From positions 1 to 64,000 of IMG/VR virus record IMGVR_UViG_3300033121_001944: DNA of 64,000 nucleotides. One strand, written 5' to 3'. This DNA is from a virus. Its lineage: Duplodnaviria > Caudoviricetes. This document shows, one piece after another, positions 36,972-46,661 of this stretch. The notes beneath the pieces are model-generated. The model ran no database searches. It had not been told where the DNA came from and was given only the letters and a program-made list of their open reading frames with translations. The translations under genes and the position numbers were made by a program. Position 1 is the first letter of the stretch, and every line of letters starts with the position of its first letter.

Positions 36972-39900
36972 ATGACTTGTTGCGATACTTTAACTGCACC
37001 TCCACAACAGACCTTATTTTTAGGGTGCTCCATCTCTAGCTTTAGTGCTAGTATGCAGTGGAATGCTGGACAAAGTGATTTAAGCGTCGTTCTTAGGGAA
37101 GATCAGTGTGCCGGACAAAGGGTGTGGTATACTACCGCCCTTAATGTTAGCAGCGGTGTAACTGCAGACCTTGGTTTTTTTGGAGAGAATCGCTATAGGA
37201 GAGCTTCGAACGGAACTGAATATAGTTCTTGCATAAAAGAAGATGCGGCTGATACACTTGTTCGTTCTGCTATAGATTTAGCTGGCACCCCCATCTATTT
37301 TCGACTGGGCAGCTTTGAATTTGCTGGTCTGTTATCAGATTGGACTAGAACCAATTCTCCCAATGACGCCCCCGAATACCGCGTTAAGATTGTTGATCCC
37401 CGCCTAATCCTTGAGGGCGTCCAACTTATTATTGGTGATTATACTGGATCGGTATCTGGAGTAGTAGATATCATTGATGGGGGAACCGGCTACCCACAAA
37501 CCAACCTATTTAACATTTATGGGTTCCTCGAACAATTTGGATTAGTCTGCCCGTCTTACTCCCAGTGCTTGCCCGGCATTTATGCGGCTTCCTCATCGTG
37601 TCCTAACGCTGTTGATGGACCCCAATTCGGCACCCTAGTTGGTGGCTTTGGCGGCTCGCTCATCAACAATAATGGTATGCCTTATAATCATATCATAACG
37701 GGCTTTAATTATTTAGCGAATTCAGTACCTAATCTATCAAACCCATTTTCGCCTTACGGTCGGGTAGCTTTTCATACTACGACCATACCCGGCTCCCTAG
37801 CAGCTTCGGGCTGTGGCTTGATCGTCCAGGACAACTTCGGCGGCATCTACGCTAATAAGAATTTTTACTTCGTAGACCTGCGTGAATTACCATCCTTCCC
37901 CAGTACAGCCTATCGTTATGGCGGCACCTCGATGAGCTTGCTTGACTTGGTAAATCAGGCAAGTGAGGACCTCAACTTTGATTACTATTTTGAGTTATTG
38001 CCCATTAAGGATGCGGGACACACTTACAGTAATACTGATGTAGCAAAAGTTATTAAGCTGCGGACCACTCAAAGACAGGTACAGCCAGATCTTGATAAAA
38101 TTTGCGAGTTTATCCAAGATTCAAACTGTGTCTTATCAAGTAGTGTGGGCGAAGAGCTTCGTAATGAAACGGTCTCTAAATTTCTGATCGGCGGCAATAA
38201 ACAAACCATTTTCCAGATTGAGCAAAACACTAATCCTGACGGTGGATCTACATCTCAGATTACTAGTTTAGATTCAGCTCTTGGCGGAGCGCGTACGGAC
38301 AGTGGCTGTAATCAAATAGATGATGTTATCATCCCATATTTTGGCACCGACTATAATGGAGACTTAATAGTCCCCTGCATTAGCGGAGACCCGTACTGGG
38401 GCGACATTTATTATTTTAGGGCACCGCTCTGGACAGTTCAGAGCGAGTTACAAACTTTGCACTTTTCTGGGCTGACTCACGCTATCATTACAGAAATTGA
38501 GCTGGTTGCCGCCCTTTCGTCTTATACAAGTTGGGAAAGCTATATTTATGCTGCCCATACAGATACTTGGAAAGCAATGCCAGCAGGTTCTGTAGCAAGT
38601 AAAGATATAGAGGCTATCGAGTTTCTAACCGAGGGACGTGCCCGTATACCACAAGATCTCTCTAATCCAAAGTTAAGTAAAATTAGAACAGACACTGATT
38701 CGCTTGCAACTCGCAAGATATCAGATATGAATGCTATTTACAATTGGGTTCGGTCTTATGCCTCAGATTATTATGGTAAAAAGTTTGCGGTGCGCGTTCC
38801 TTTTACTTGCGTAACCCTAGATTCGGATTCTTACCAGCCAATCATTAGCGAGAGCCCAACCAATGATGGCGGATGGAGTGAGGTAGGTAATATATTGGGC
38901 TTAACCAATAATGGACCGCTCACATTAGATAGCGATGACCCGCTCAACTTCTTCCGCAATGAAGAACAAAAAATTACCCCGTTTGTGAGAATTGATAATG
39001 CTGTCAATTTAGATGTATCTAATCTCCCTAAAGACTCTTTCTATATGATATGGGAGATCACTTCAGGTACGCCAGCTACTGGAAATGGACCACCTTCGGG
39101 AGCCCCAGGAAGCTCAATTTGCTATCAAGATAACTTGACGGGCATAATCTGGGTCTACTACTTTTCCGAATGGTTGCCTATTAACGAAGTTTGCATGCTT
39201 GGCGGACAAGGTGCCCCAGGCGGAGATTTGGTTGGAAGTTTAACTCAAGGGGAATTTTGCCCAGTTTATAAAGATTTAGATAGTCAAACTGTTTATATAG
39301 CGGGCGACTCTAATTACACAAGTCCAACAACGGTTACTGTTAGCGATTGGGACATACAAGCAACGATGTATTTGTATGTGAAAGTGAACGTTGAGGAGGA
39401 GTACGTTTATCACGATAAATCTAACTTCTTTGCCCCTCGTGTTATTGTGGAGTTGCCAGACTCTATTCCTATGGCAGATGATCAGGCGGCACACGTTCGA
39501 CATGTAGAGGAGTCATTAAGGGCTTTAAATCGCAGAAAAGGTGGTACGAAAACTGATCAAGAGATCGCCGACATTAAAGACTCCCTCATGGTAAAAACGG
39601 GGGCAGACTCTAGCTGGATTGGCGGTGGTCGTTTTAGAGCCTTCATTGACGCTGCCGCTATTCCATTACAACATAAAACGCTCACATACGGTCCATGGTT
39701 TAATCCGACTATCGTTGGTAGGGTTGAGGTTATTAATGATCCCAACCTAGTGCCTTGGCGATATAACGGCATGGCAGGCTTAAACACGGCTGCCAATCAC
39801 TTATGTAATGAATCTCGCGTATTCATGAGAAAGGGCGAACTGGGCTCCATCACAGTTGCAAGCGTTCCCACAATCCCCTTGGGAGCTGAATTAACGGCTA

Positions 39901-42137
39901 TCAATGCTGGTTATTATGGGGCGGGCACCCATCTTGTAGAGAATAGAACGGGCAATTTATCGACGGCAAGCGGCTATGATTATAATGGCGCTTTGGTAAG
40001 TGAAGATTATTTAGGCATTAACTTTCCATCAACTTGGAATGGAACGTACGGACCCAACGTGACTGACATTAACGTTCAGGTAGACGTTAGCTCTTTCTCA
40101 ACCACTTACAATATGAGAACGTTCGCTCCCCGGCGTGGGTTCTTCGAGCGGTTCAACGCTAATCGCATCCAGCAGTTTAGTACGAACCTATCTAAGATTG
40201 CCAAGCTGATGAGGGAAGAGGATGCTGCAAGAAAACGGCTCCGTAGCGTAATGAACGCAGGTAGCACTGTTAACGATAGTGAATGGCAACCTTTCCTTTA
40301 TGATGAACAAAGAAAACCATCTACGACAGCCCCCGTCCTAGTCGGTGAGATCATTAGAAATAGCGACCCCAGAAGTGCCATTGCCGTCATGCCTCTCACT
40401 AGCTGCCAAACTGAGCTAGGTAGCGGCTTTGCCAAGAAAGCGTTCAGTAGCTGGGACGTCTTAATAAGACCGGTCTCACTAGATGGTGACGGCGGGCTAC
40501 CTCGCTTTGCACGTTATGCGGGCACCAGCGGCGTTCTCCAAGATGATCTTATCCCCATGACTAACCCCTCTGGGAAGAATCGTAGCCACGTTGCACGAAA
40601 TAGAACGGTTATTGGGGCGGCAAATCATATGGGTCACGATTTCGAGATCCTCGGTAGAAGTGGAGCTGATGCCAGTGGCTTGATGCATAAGCTTATTAGC
40701 GGGCAAGCTAAATATACTAATGACTATAGGTTTATGGCTCTTCGCGGTCCGCTAATCGTTAATGGGTGGGGCTTTGACACTGAGGGCTACCCAATTCCGA
40801 ATGAGGTTGATAACGCCTTAGCGGCTAGTTCTGGCGTATACGAAACGGCTGGTCGGACAGATAAGTTCATGTCTGGTCACCTTCAACGTCCAGATACCTG
40901 GGTGACTGCCCCAGTTGATTTAAGGTTTGACCGCAATAGGGGCGTCTGGGTAGCGGGAAGCGGGACCACACCAGCCACACAAACGGCTGCCGCTAGAGAC
41001 CCCATTGTTGTTTACTTGCAGAGCGATAGAAATAGTTGCTGTCTATGGAGCGGAATCCATAAAAGAGTGTTAAGTTACGAAGATAGTTTATGTTTACCTC
41101 TTGTAGAATATGAAGAGATTTTACTTTACAACCCATGTAATATTTTACAGAGCGGTAATTGTGTAGTTGCCCGCCCTATGGAAGGAAGCGGCACTTTATC
41201 TAGTGGATGTAACCCAGAAAATCTATCCATCTATCGTTTCTTAACTATGGCGACTGGTCCTGCCGATAAGACGCCGTGCGATTGTTGCTGTCCAACTAAT
41301 GTGTCAGGACAAATCATTGAATTAAATATAGTTGAACCTAGCTGTATTACATCTAGCGGTCATCAACTTTATTATCAGACAGCTATTGAAAACCAAGGCT
41401 GGTTCCGAGACTGCAATGGAGATGATTATGCCGCCTTAGATATTAGCTTGCCCTTAGACGGCTTTGCTTTACAGTCAGGCACTTTTATTAATATTACAGT
41501 CGCCTATCCGGTAATCTTGGTAGCCCTAGATGGCTCCAGTCCAGACTCGCCCTGGTCCGGCACCTATTGGGCTCGCACTAGCTATAGTACGTGGACTTAT
41601 CAAAGTTTATATGTGGAAGATGAATTCATCAGTGAAAAGCTTATTCCGGCGACCAATGTGACTTTGACTGGAGTGAACGGGCAAACTACTGTTTTAACCG
41701 ATGATAGCGGAAATATAGTAACAGAGAATGTAACATTCCGTTATAAGGTATTTATACAATGTGACGATAGTGGTGGGGATGTAGCTCAAGTTAAACTATT
41801 CCATTTTACCCCACTCGGCTACCCCCTCAGTGGTATTATCGGTGATCACTTAAATATTATGTCGCAGGCTTATTGTGCGTTTAATAGAGCGGTTGCGAAC
41901 TCTGCCTCATTAGATTTTGGATCTGGAAGTAGCTGCACTATTACCGTTGCGGCTGAGGATAGTGTTAATTATAACTTCTCCCCATTCATCTTACATTATT
42001 TTGGAATGTGTAAGTGCTCAGGCGTAAGTTATCCAGTCACTAGCTTCCCCGATATACCAGCGGAGTTTAATATTGCCCCCGCCTCTTGCTTACTCACCAC
42101 ATTAGAGCCCATTAGATTGGAATTCATATGGGACTAA
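36972..42137 (+). CDS. Large tail tip / baseplate hub protein
   Basis: 1721 aa, last large late gene; Cys clusters (MTCCD, CCLW, PCDCCCP). Confidence 0.6.
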   Translation: MTCCDTLTAPPQQTLFLGCSISSFSASMQWNAGQSDLSVVLREDQCAGQRVWYTTALNVSSGVTADLGFFGENRYRRASNGTEYSSCIKEDAADTLVRSAIDLAGTPIYFRLGSFEFAGLLSDWTRTNSPNDAPEYRVKIVDPRLILEGVQLIIGDYTGSVSGVVDIIDGGTGYPQTNLFNIYGFLEQFGLVCPSYSQCLPGIYAASSSCPNAVDGPQFGTLVGGFGGSLINNNGMPYNHIITGFNYLANSVPNLSNPFSPYGRVAFHTTTIPGSLAASGCGLIVQDNFGGIYANKNFYFVDLRELPSFPSTAYRYGGTSMSLLDLVNQASEDLNFDYYFELLPIKDAGHTYSNTDVAKVIKLRTTQRQVQPDLDKICEFIQDSNCVLSSSVGEELRNETVSKFLIGGNKQTIFQIEQNTNPDGGSTSQITSLDSALGGARTDSGCNQIDDVIIPYFGTDYNGDLIVPCISGDPYWGDIYYFRAPLWTVQSELQTLHFSGLTHAIITEIELVAALSSYTSWESYIYAAHTDTWKAMPAGSVASKDIEAIEFLTEGRARIPQDLSNPKLSKIRTDTDSLATRKISDMNAIYNWVRSYASDYYGKKFAVRVPFTCVTLDSDSYQPIISESPTNDGGWSEVGNILGLTNNGPLTLDSDDPLNFFRNEEQKITPFVRIDNAVNLDVSNLPKDSFYMIWEITSGTPATGNGPPSGAPGSSICYQDNLTGIIWVYYFSEWLPINEVCMLGGQGAPGGDLVGSLTQGEFCPVYKDLDSQTVYIAGDSNYTSPTTVTVSDWDIQATMYLYVKVNVEEEYVYHDKSNFFAPRVIVELPDSIPMADDQAAHVRHVEESLRALNRRKGGTKTDQEIADIKDSLMVKTGADSSWIGGGRFRAFIDAAAIPLQHKTLTYGPWFNPTIVGRVEVINDPNLVPWRYNGMAGLNTAANHLCNESRVFMRKGELGSITVASVPTIPLGAELTAINAGYYGAGTHLVENRTGNLSTASGYDYNGALVSEDYLGINFPSTWNGTYGPNVTDINVQVDVSSFSTTYNMRTFAPRRGFFERFNANRIQQFSTNLSKIAKLMREEDAARKRLRSVMNAGSTVNDSEWQPFLYDEQRKPSTTAPVLVGEIIRNSDPRSAIAVMPLTSCQTELGSGFAKKAFSSWDVLIRPVSLDGDGGLPRFARYAGTSGVLQDDLIPMTNPSGKNRSHVARNRTVIGAANHMGHDFEILGRSGADASGLMHKLISGQAKYTNDYRFMALRGPLIVNGWGFDTEGYPIPNEVDNALAASSGVYETAGRTDKFMSGHLQRPDTWVTAPVDLRFDRNRGVWVAGSGTTPATQTAAARDPIVVYLQSDRNSCCLWSGIHKRVLSYEDSLCLPLVEYEEILLYNPCNILQSGNCVVARPMEGSGTLSSGCNPENLSIYRFLTMATGPADKTPCDCCCPTNVSGQIIELNIVEPSCITSSGHQLYYQTAIENQGWFRDCNGDDYAALDISLPLDGFALQSGTFINITVAYPVILVALDGSSPDSPWSGTYWARTSYSTWTYQSLYVEDEFISEKLIPATNVTLTGVNGQTTVLTDDSGNIVTENVTFRYKVFIQCDDSGGDVAQVKLFHFTPLGYPLSGIIGDHLNIMSQAYCAFNRAVANSASLDFGSGSSCTITVAAEDSVNYNFSPFILHYFGMCKCSGVSYPVTSFPDIPAEFNIAPASCLLTTLEPIRLEFIWD

Positions 42138-42373
42138 TCCTACGCTTCCTGCGTGAATATATAAAGTGGAATTTAGCCGGTAGACCGCTACGCACAGATC
42201 AAGAAATGGGGCGGATCTTCTCTATTTGTGAAGAGTGCCCCTTCTTTCAAAGGTATGCCCCTGGAGCCACCTTCGGTACGTGCGGGAAGTGTGGCTGCAA
42301 TCTAGATAAAACCGATAAGGGGCGTAATAAAATAGCTTGGGGTACTACGAAGTGCCCAGAGAAGAAGTGGTAA
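42128..42373 (+). CDS. Small Zn-binding protein (ICxxC...CxxCGC...KCP..KW)
   Basis: The Cys pattern matches a common small phage protein family (DUF6171-like). Confidence 0.65.
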   Translation: MGLILRFLREYIKWNLAGRPLRTDQEMGRIFSICEECPFFQRYAPGATFGTCGKCGCNLDKTDKGRNKIAWGTTKCPEKKW

Positions 42374-43028
42374 ATTCTGGCGGCACACCCTTGGTCTGAA
42401 ACTCATTAAGCAACGACAATAGATTAATGCCGTCAGACTCCGTCAGATTAGTGAGCCCCGCGTCAAACTCTACAACGTCCACGCCAGCATGTGCGGCTAG
42501 GAACTTTTGCTTGTCAACCTCAAAGCGGTCGCAGAGCAAATTAATAGTCTTGACTTGCCGCTCGTTAATCTTCTTATAGTCGTTTTCACTCTCCAGCATT
42601 TCTTCATGAGTGTGAATCTTTAGATTGAGCAACATTTTTAGGGCACGCCCAATAGCTTTAGTTTCCGCCGTGGCTACTGGATGTTTATTGAATGGGCTCT
42701 TCGTGTTGTATTCGTACACGTCTGCTGAGCCAGAAAAATAGCCAACAAAATCTTCGGGACCATTGTTGACGTTTACGGTTGCTGTTACCGTAGCCGATCT
42801 ATCTGTCGAAGTGGGCGCTTTGTGAATAGTGGTAGATATATTAACTGTCTGAAATAACAATCTTGCCACTCTCATCAAACCAGGAGCTGAAGGGAAACCG
42901 TCAATCATTTCATCTTTTTTGAGGAGGGAGAGGACAAACTCTTGCCATGCATCCGTATTATAAAGCGGACTAACAACTGCATCTCGCCACTCCTGTGTAC
43001 CGACCTTAGGTTCAGATTCGTTCGACAT
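42345..43028 (-). CDS. Rad52/Sak/ERF-like single-strand annealing protein
   Basis: ATVTATV..., ATAETKAIGRALK.LL.L....EEM motif; C-terminal extra domain. Confidence 0.7.
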   Translation of the reverse strand: MSNESEPKVGTQEWRDAVVSPLYNTDAWQEFVLSLLKKDEMIDGFPSAPGLMRVARLLFQTVNISTTIHKAPTSTDRSATVTATVNVNNGPEDFVGYFSGSADVYEYNTKSPFNKHPVATAETKAIGRALKMLLNLKIHTHEEMLESENDYKKINERQVKTINLLCDRFEVDKQKFLAAHAGVDVVEFDAGLTNLTESDGINLLSLLNEFQTKGVPPEFTTSSLGTS

Positions 43029-43788
43029 CTATAATCCTTAATTCATTGGACAACGTAGGCAGAACATTTTTCAGTACCTCAAACATATTATAATGGTCTC
43101 GTTTATAGAGAGTACGCCTATGCTGTAACCGTATTATAGAAGCGCCCAGCCCCAATACAAGACCGTTTTTCTTCTCATCGGCTTGCATTTGACTTCTATA
43201 GTTATCAATCCCTAAATTGGTGGCAAAGTGGGAGGGACCGTCGATTTCAACAACACAATTGTATTCTGGTAAGTAAAAATCCACTTCCAGTTTAGTTCCA
43301 GGTAGCAAGCTCTTATAATGATGGATATATCTGATCTTGTGCTCATCAAACATTTTAGCGAGGGCGTGTTCAGCTTTACTTCCATAAAGAGAGGCATCTC
43401 GAATAGCTAAAGCCCCCTTACGGCGGAACTCTTCCTTATTCGGCATGTTCTCAAAATTCTCACGCTGAACATCGGCTCGCCGCTTTCTCTCCTCTTCTGA
43501 AAGCTTGCTCCACGCCTCATGCTGCTTCTTACCTAGATCTCGCTTATGTTCTTCACTCCAGGTTTTACCCTTCATATGAGGGTTAATTCTTTCAGAGTCA
43601 TACCCAGCACGTAAACTTTCGCTCTTGCTAAGTACGGGGATATTTCTCTTATTGCAAAAACGCAGTAATCGTACAGCGTTTGTGTCTAGACGTCGAGCCA
43701 GCTCTCTCAAGGAGATTCTATTGTTACAATGCTCTTCGCGTAGAAAAGCGTCTAGCTCATCGTCCGAGAAGTCTTTTAATGTCCTCAT
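43012..43788 (-). mobile_element. Free-standing homing endonuclease (HTH + NUMOD3-like + Vsr/DUF559 nuclease)
   Basis: KGKTWSEEHKRDL NUMOD3-like; SKAE..L, EVDFYLPEY..VVEIDGPSH, DEKKN...IIRL nuclease motifs. Confidence 0.7.
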
Positions 43789-44173
43789 AATTCCAATTTC
43801 TCACTAACTTCGGCTCTTTAAAGGTAGCTTTAACGAGCGGAGCAAAAGTGGGCTCGCAAGCTAATTCCATTGACGTTGCCGTTAAAACGTCCATTGCTGT
43901 AAATTGCTGGTTGTTCCAATCGATGTTGTTGATGTAAAAATACTTATCTTTAATCAAAGTATATTCGGTTAAATAGCGGGCGCTAAAGATGTCGCCAGCA
44001 ATAATAGGTCCACGAAAGTCCCAAATGTTAAATGAGGGCAAAATCGCTATAGGTGAATGAACGTCTACTGGTCCAAAATTATTCAGGAATAAGACGACCT
44101 CTGTTTGTTTAGCCAGCCTAAATACTGATTCTACCCAAGGGAAGCTTAAATGATCTAAATATACGCCTATCAC
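43757..44173 (-). CDS. Glycosyltransferase-associated / degenerate Rossmann-like protein
   Basis: 138 aa alpha/beta; located in the GT cluster; weak call. Confidence 0.35.
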   Translation of the reverse strand: MIGVYLDHLSFPWVESVFRLAKQTEVVLFLNNFGPVDVHSPIAILPSFNIWDFRGPIIAGDIFSARYLTEYTLIKDKYFYINNIDWNNQQFTAMDVLTATSMELACEPTFAPLVKATFKEPKLVRNWNYEDIKRLLGR

Positions 44174-44916
44174 AGTGCGACTCCTATTAACTGTTCTAAT
44201 TGCCCACAGAACTGACTATAACTTAAAATCTTTTCCTCATATTTATTGATGATAGATTTTGGTTTAGAGATCGTATCCTTAATCACCTGATTAATAGTGG
44301 CAGGCGTAAAGACCGGGACTTGTAAATTATTCTCAGTATCTGTAATGACTGTGCAGCCCAACTTTAATAGGTCAATTGCTTGCTTAAAGCCAAAATCAAT
44401 ACACACTTTAGCTGACTTGCATAGCTTCGACGACTCATCTGGAGATTGCACTCTGCCAATATAGCTAACGTGCGGCAATGCGATATTTCCAGCCGCCCTC
44501 CACGTAAAGCCATGCATAATAGGATCAATTACATTTAAACATTGAGCTTGGGACTCTTTCTCTAATGGATAAATGGATAGATAGAATGCGTCAACAGACA
44601 GCCCGCGATGAAAATAAGCTGGCGGAAAAAGTATAGTATCTGCTAAGTCCGGCAAGCTTTCAAACTTGAACTTCTTTTCAGCCTTACATTCCTCTGGCGC
44701 ATCACATTTAATAAATAAATTAACTGCCTTAGCCGTTGCCCCAAACACTCTATATCCCATTTTGGAGGCGTCTGTAAAAAGTGCGACATCCGGCTTAAAA
44801 TCTTTTAGATCTTGCTGGCTGGGGTCCCACCATAATACGTCATGGTGCCGATGAGTTAGAGCGTTGAAAAGCCCCACAATATCTCTATCTTGTGACTGCT
44901 GTATAGATATCTTCAT
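44170..44916 (-). CDS. Divergent GT-B glycosyltransferase-like protein (CgeB-like)
   Basis: HDVLWWD....DFKPDVALF, DTILF.P, YIGRV....SKLCKSAKVCID pattern. Confidence 0.45.
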   Translation of the reverse strand: MKISIQQSQDRDIVGLFNALTHRHHDVLWWDPSQQDLKDFKPDVALFTDASKMGYRVFGATAKAVNLFIKCDAPEECKAEKKFKFESLPDLADTILFPPAYFHRGLSVDAFYLSIYPLEKESQAQCLNVIDPIMHGFTWRAAGNIALPHVSYIGRVQSPDESSKLCKSAKVCIDFGFKQAIDLLKLGCTVITDTENNLQVPVFTPATINQVIKDTISKPKSIINKYEEKILSYSQFCGQLEQLIGVAL

Positions 44917-45604
44917 AATGTAATTTCTGTAATCCTAAAACTTCAATTTCCTTCAAAATTTCTCGTAATGGTAATGGTCTAATCTGATATAGCCCATTTG
45001 GAAAAATTAACATATTTTCTTCTTCAATGCAGCCAAACCGTAAATCTTGATAGTTGATACGATTTGACAGCTCTTCAAAAAAGTTTGCAGGTAAAATAAT
45101 AGGCGGCTTAACAAAAACGTAGAACTGGCTCTTATGTTGAACCATCATATTGTCTCGCCAATCCGTGGGCATATCTACGAACTCTTGATGAGACCATCGT
45201 GCTTTCAAGCCCGTCATCTTCATAATATCAAAGTTTATTTTTGTTTGTCCGCTAAAGTCTACGCCAACTATCTTTTGTGGCTGTAAAGTCTGCTTATTGA
45301 AGGTGAGAAGTGCCTGCCCAAAATTATCATAAATGGGGCTAGTTTCAATAAACACGTTATACTTAATCTTGACCTCTTCGTCTAAAAGATCTACTTTATC
45401 ATCCATATCTTTGTCTGGATACCACTTGTCGGCTTCTCGCTTAAAATGACACATACGGCGGAAAATTCGCTCGCCATCACCGCCATAGAAAAATTCTTCC
45501 TCTTCCATATGACGTACAAGGCATCCGACCTGTTCTTTACCTTCATAATCAGCAAAGCAGCAGTTTTTACATGATGTTGTCGAGCTGTTTTGCGACTGAC
45601 TCAT
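44885..45604 (-). CDS. Hypothetical protein: N-terminal Cys cluster plus possible degenerate GT-A domain
   Basis: CKNCCF...GC...C motif; LTFNKQTLQPQKIV resembles GT2 N-termini; weak call. Confidence 0.3.
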   Translation of the reverse strand: MSQSQNSSTTSCKNCCFADYEGKEQVGCLVRHMEEEEFFYGGDGERIFRRMCHFKREADKWYPDKDMDDKVDLLDEEVKIKYNVFIETSPIYDNFGQALLTFNKQTLQPQKIVGVDFSGQTKINFDIMKMTGLKARWSHQEFVDMPTDWRDNMMVQHKSQFYVFVKPPIILPANFFEELSNRINYQDLRFGCIEEENMLIFPNGLYQIRPLPLREILKEIEVLGLQKLHYEDIYTAVTR

Positions 45605-46661
45605 AGCTGAATTTCTCCTTGATGTTATAAACTGAACTAGAGGCTAACTTATTATTATAAGCCATTCTCATTAATTCTTGTGCATGTAATACGTTAGGCT
45701 TCATCCACGTTTCCCACGATGTATATAGGAAGGGAACCGGGGGATATGCGGTAACACAGGGCATTTCCATAGAATCTACTTTAGCGATATTTAGCGCTGA
45801 ATCAATAGCTCCAATGCCTTTTGTGCAGATTACTGGCTTTTCTTTATAGGCTGCATCAATTAAAGGGCGGCAGGTAGACTCACCATAACTGAGCGTTATA
45901 AAGCAATCACAGGTGTTATGGAGCTTAACCATATTTTCGTCAGATAGCCGATCTAGCAAAAAGATAACTTCTGGGTAATGATGTGGGTAGTCATACATCC
46001 TTGCCGTTGCCTTAACGTGCTGTAATAATTGTTGCACCTTCTGGTTGGCGATAATTGGATCTACGTTATTAGCTACACTCGTCTTAATGACTAAGACTGC
46101 ATCATCTTCCTTGCGGAACTCTCTCCAAAAGGCAGTTAATAGATCAAATATATTTTTTCTATCTACTAACTCTCCGATAAAGTAAAAAGCGAATCTTTTA
46201 TTGATAACTGAAGCTAAACCATCTAGCTGCCCGCTAACGTCCAATGCTTGAAAATCCATTGGCATGGGAACCACATGAATGGGCTTTGTAACTCCACTAT
46301 CAACCAGATTAAGCTTTTCCTGCTCAGTGGCAACTACCAGCTCTTCCATTTCATTCATTCTATCGACCCAGCCAGTCTGCTCTAAATGGCGGGTTTCTGT
46401 AAAACAGGACCCCACATGTTTTCTTACATTAGGGAATCTTTCGAAGAATTGCGGTAAGCACTGCTGAAAATATACGTCCGGCACATCGCTTTCTAGTTGT
46501 GGAGGTATCCAGTCCGGCAGCTTATTTAATAGAACACTGCCTAGAACAATGGGCTGCACCTTAATTTCATGTGAAGTAAGGGTAAAAGCTTTAAGGTAAT
46601 CTCTGGCGGCTTTGCCCCACCCGTCGTTTTGTGGGTACGTACTTTTAACAGCTACTTTCAT
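45567..46661 (-). CDS. GT4-family (GT-B) glycosyltransferase
   Basis: Start MKVAV at 46661; GWGKAARDY, FYFIGELVDRKN..L.AF, LHNTCDCFITLSYGESTCRPLID....KPVICT. Confidence 0.85.
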   Translation of the reverse strand: MKVAVKSTYPQNDGWGKAARDYLKAFTLTSHEIKVQPIVLGSVLLNKLPDWIPPQLESDVPDVYFQQCLPQFFERFPNVRKHVGSCFTETRHLEQTGWVDRMNEMEELVVATEQEKLNLVDSGVTKPIHVVPMPMDFQALDVSGQLDGLASVINKRFAFYFIGELVDRKNIFDLLTAFWREFRKEDDAVLVIKTSVANNVDPIIANQKVQQLLQHVKATARMYDYPHHYPEVIFLLDRLSDENMVKLHNTCDCFITLSYGESTCRPLIDAAYKEKPVICTKGIGAIDSALNIAKVDSMEMPCVTAYPPVPFLYTSWETWMKPNVLHAQELMRMAYNNKLASSSVYNIKEKFSYESVAKQLDNIM

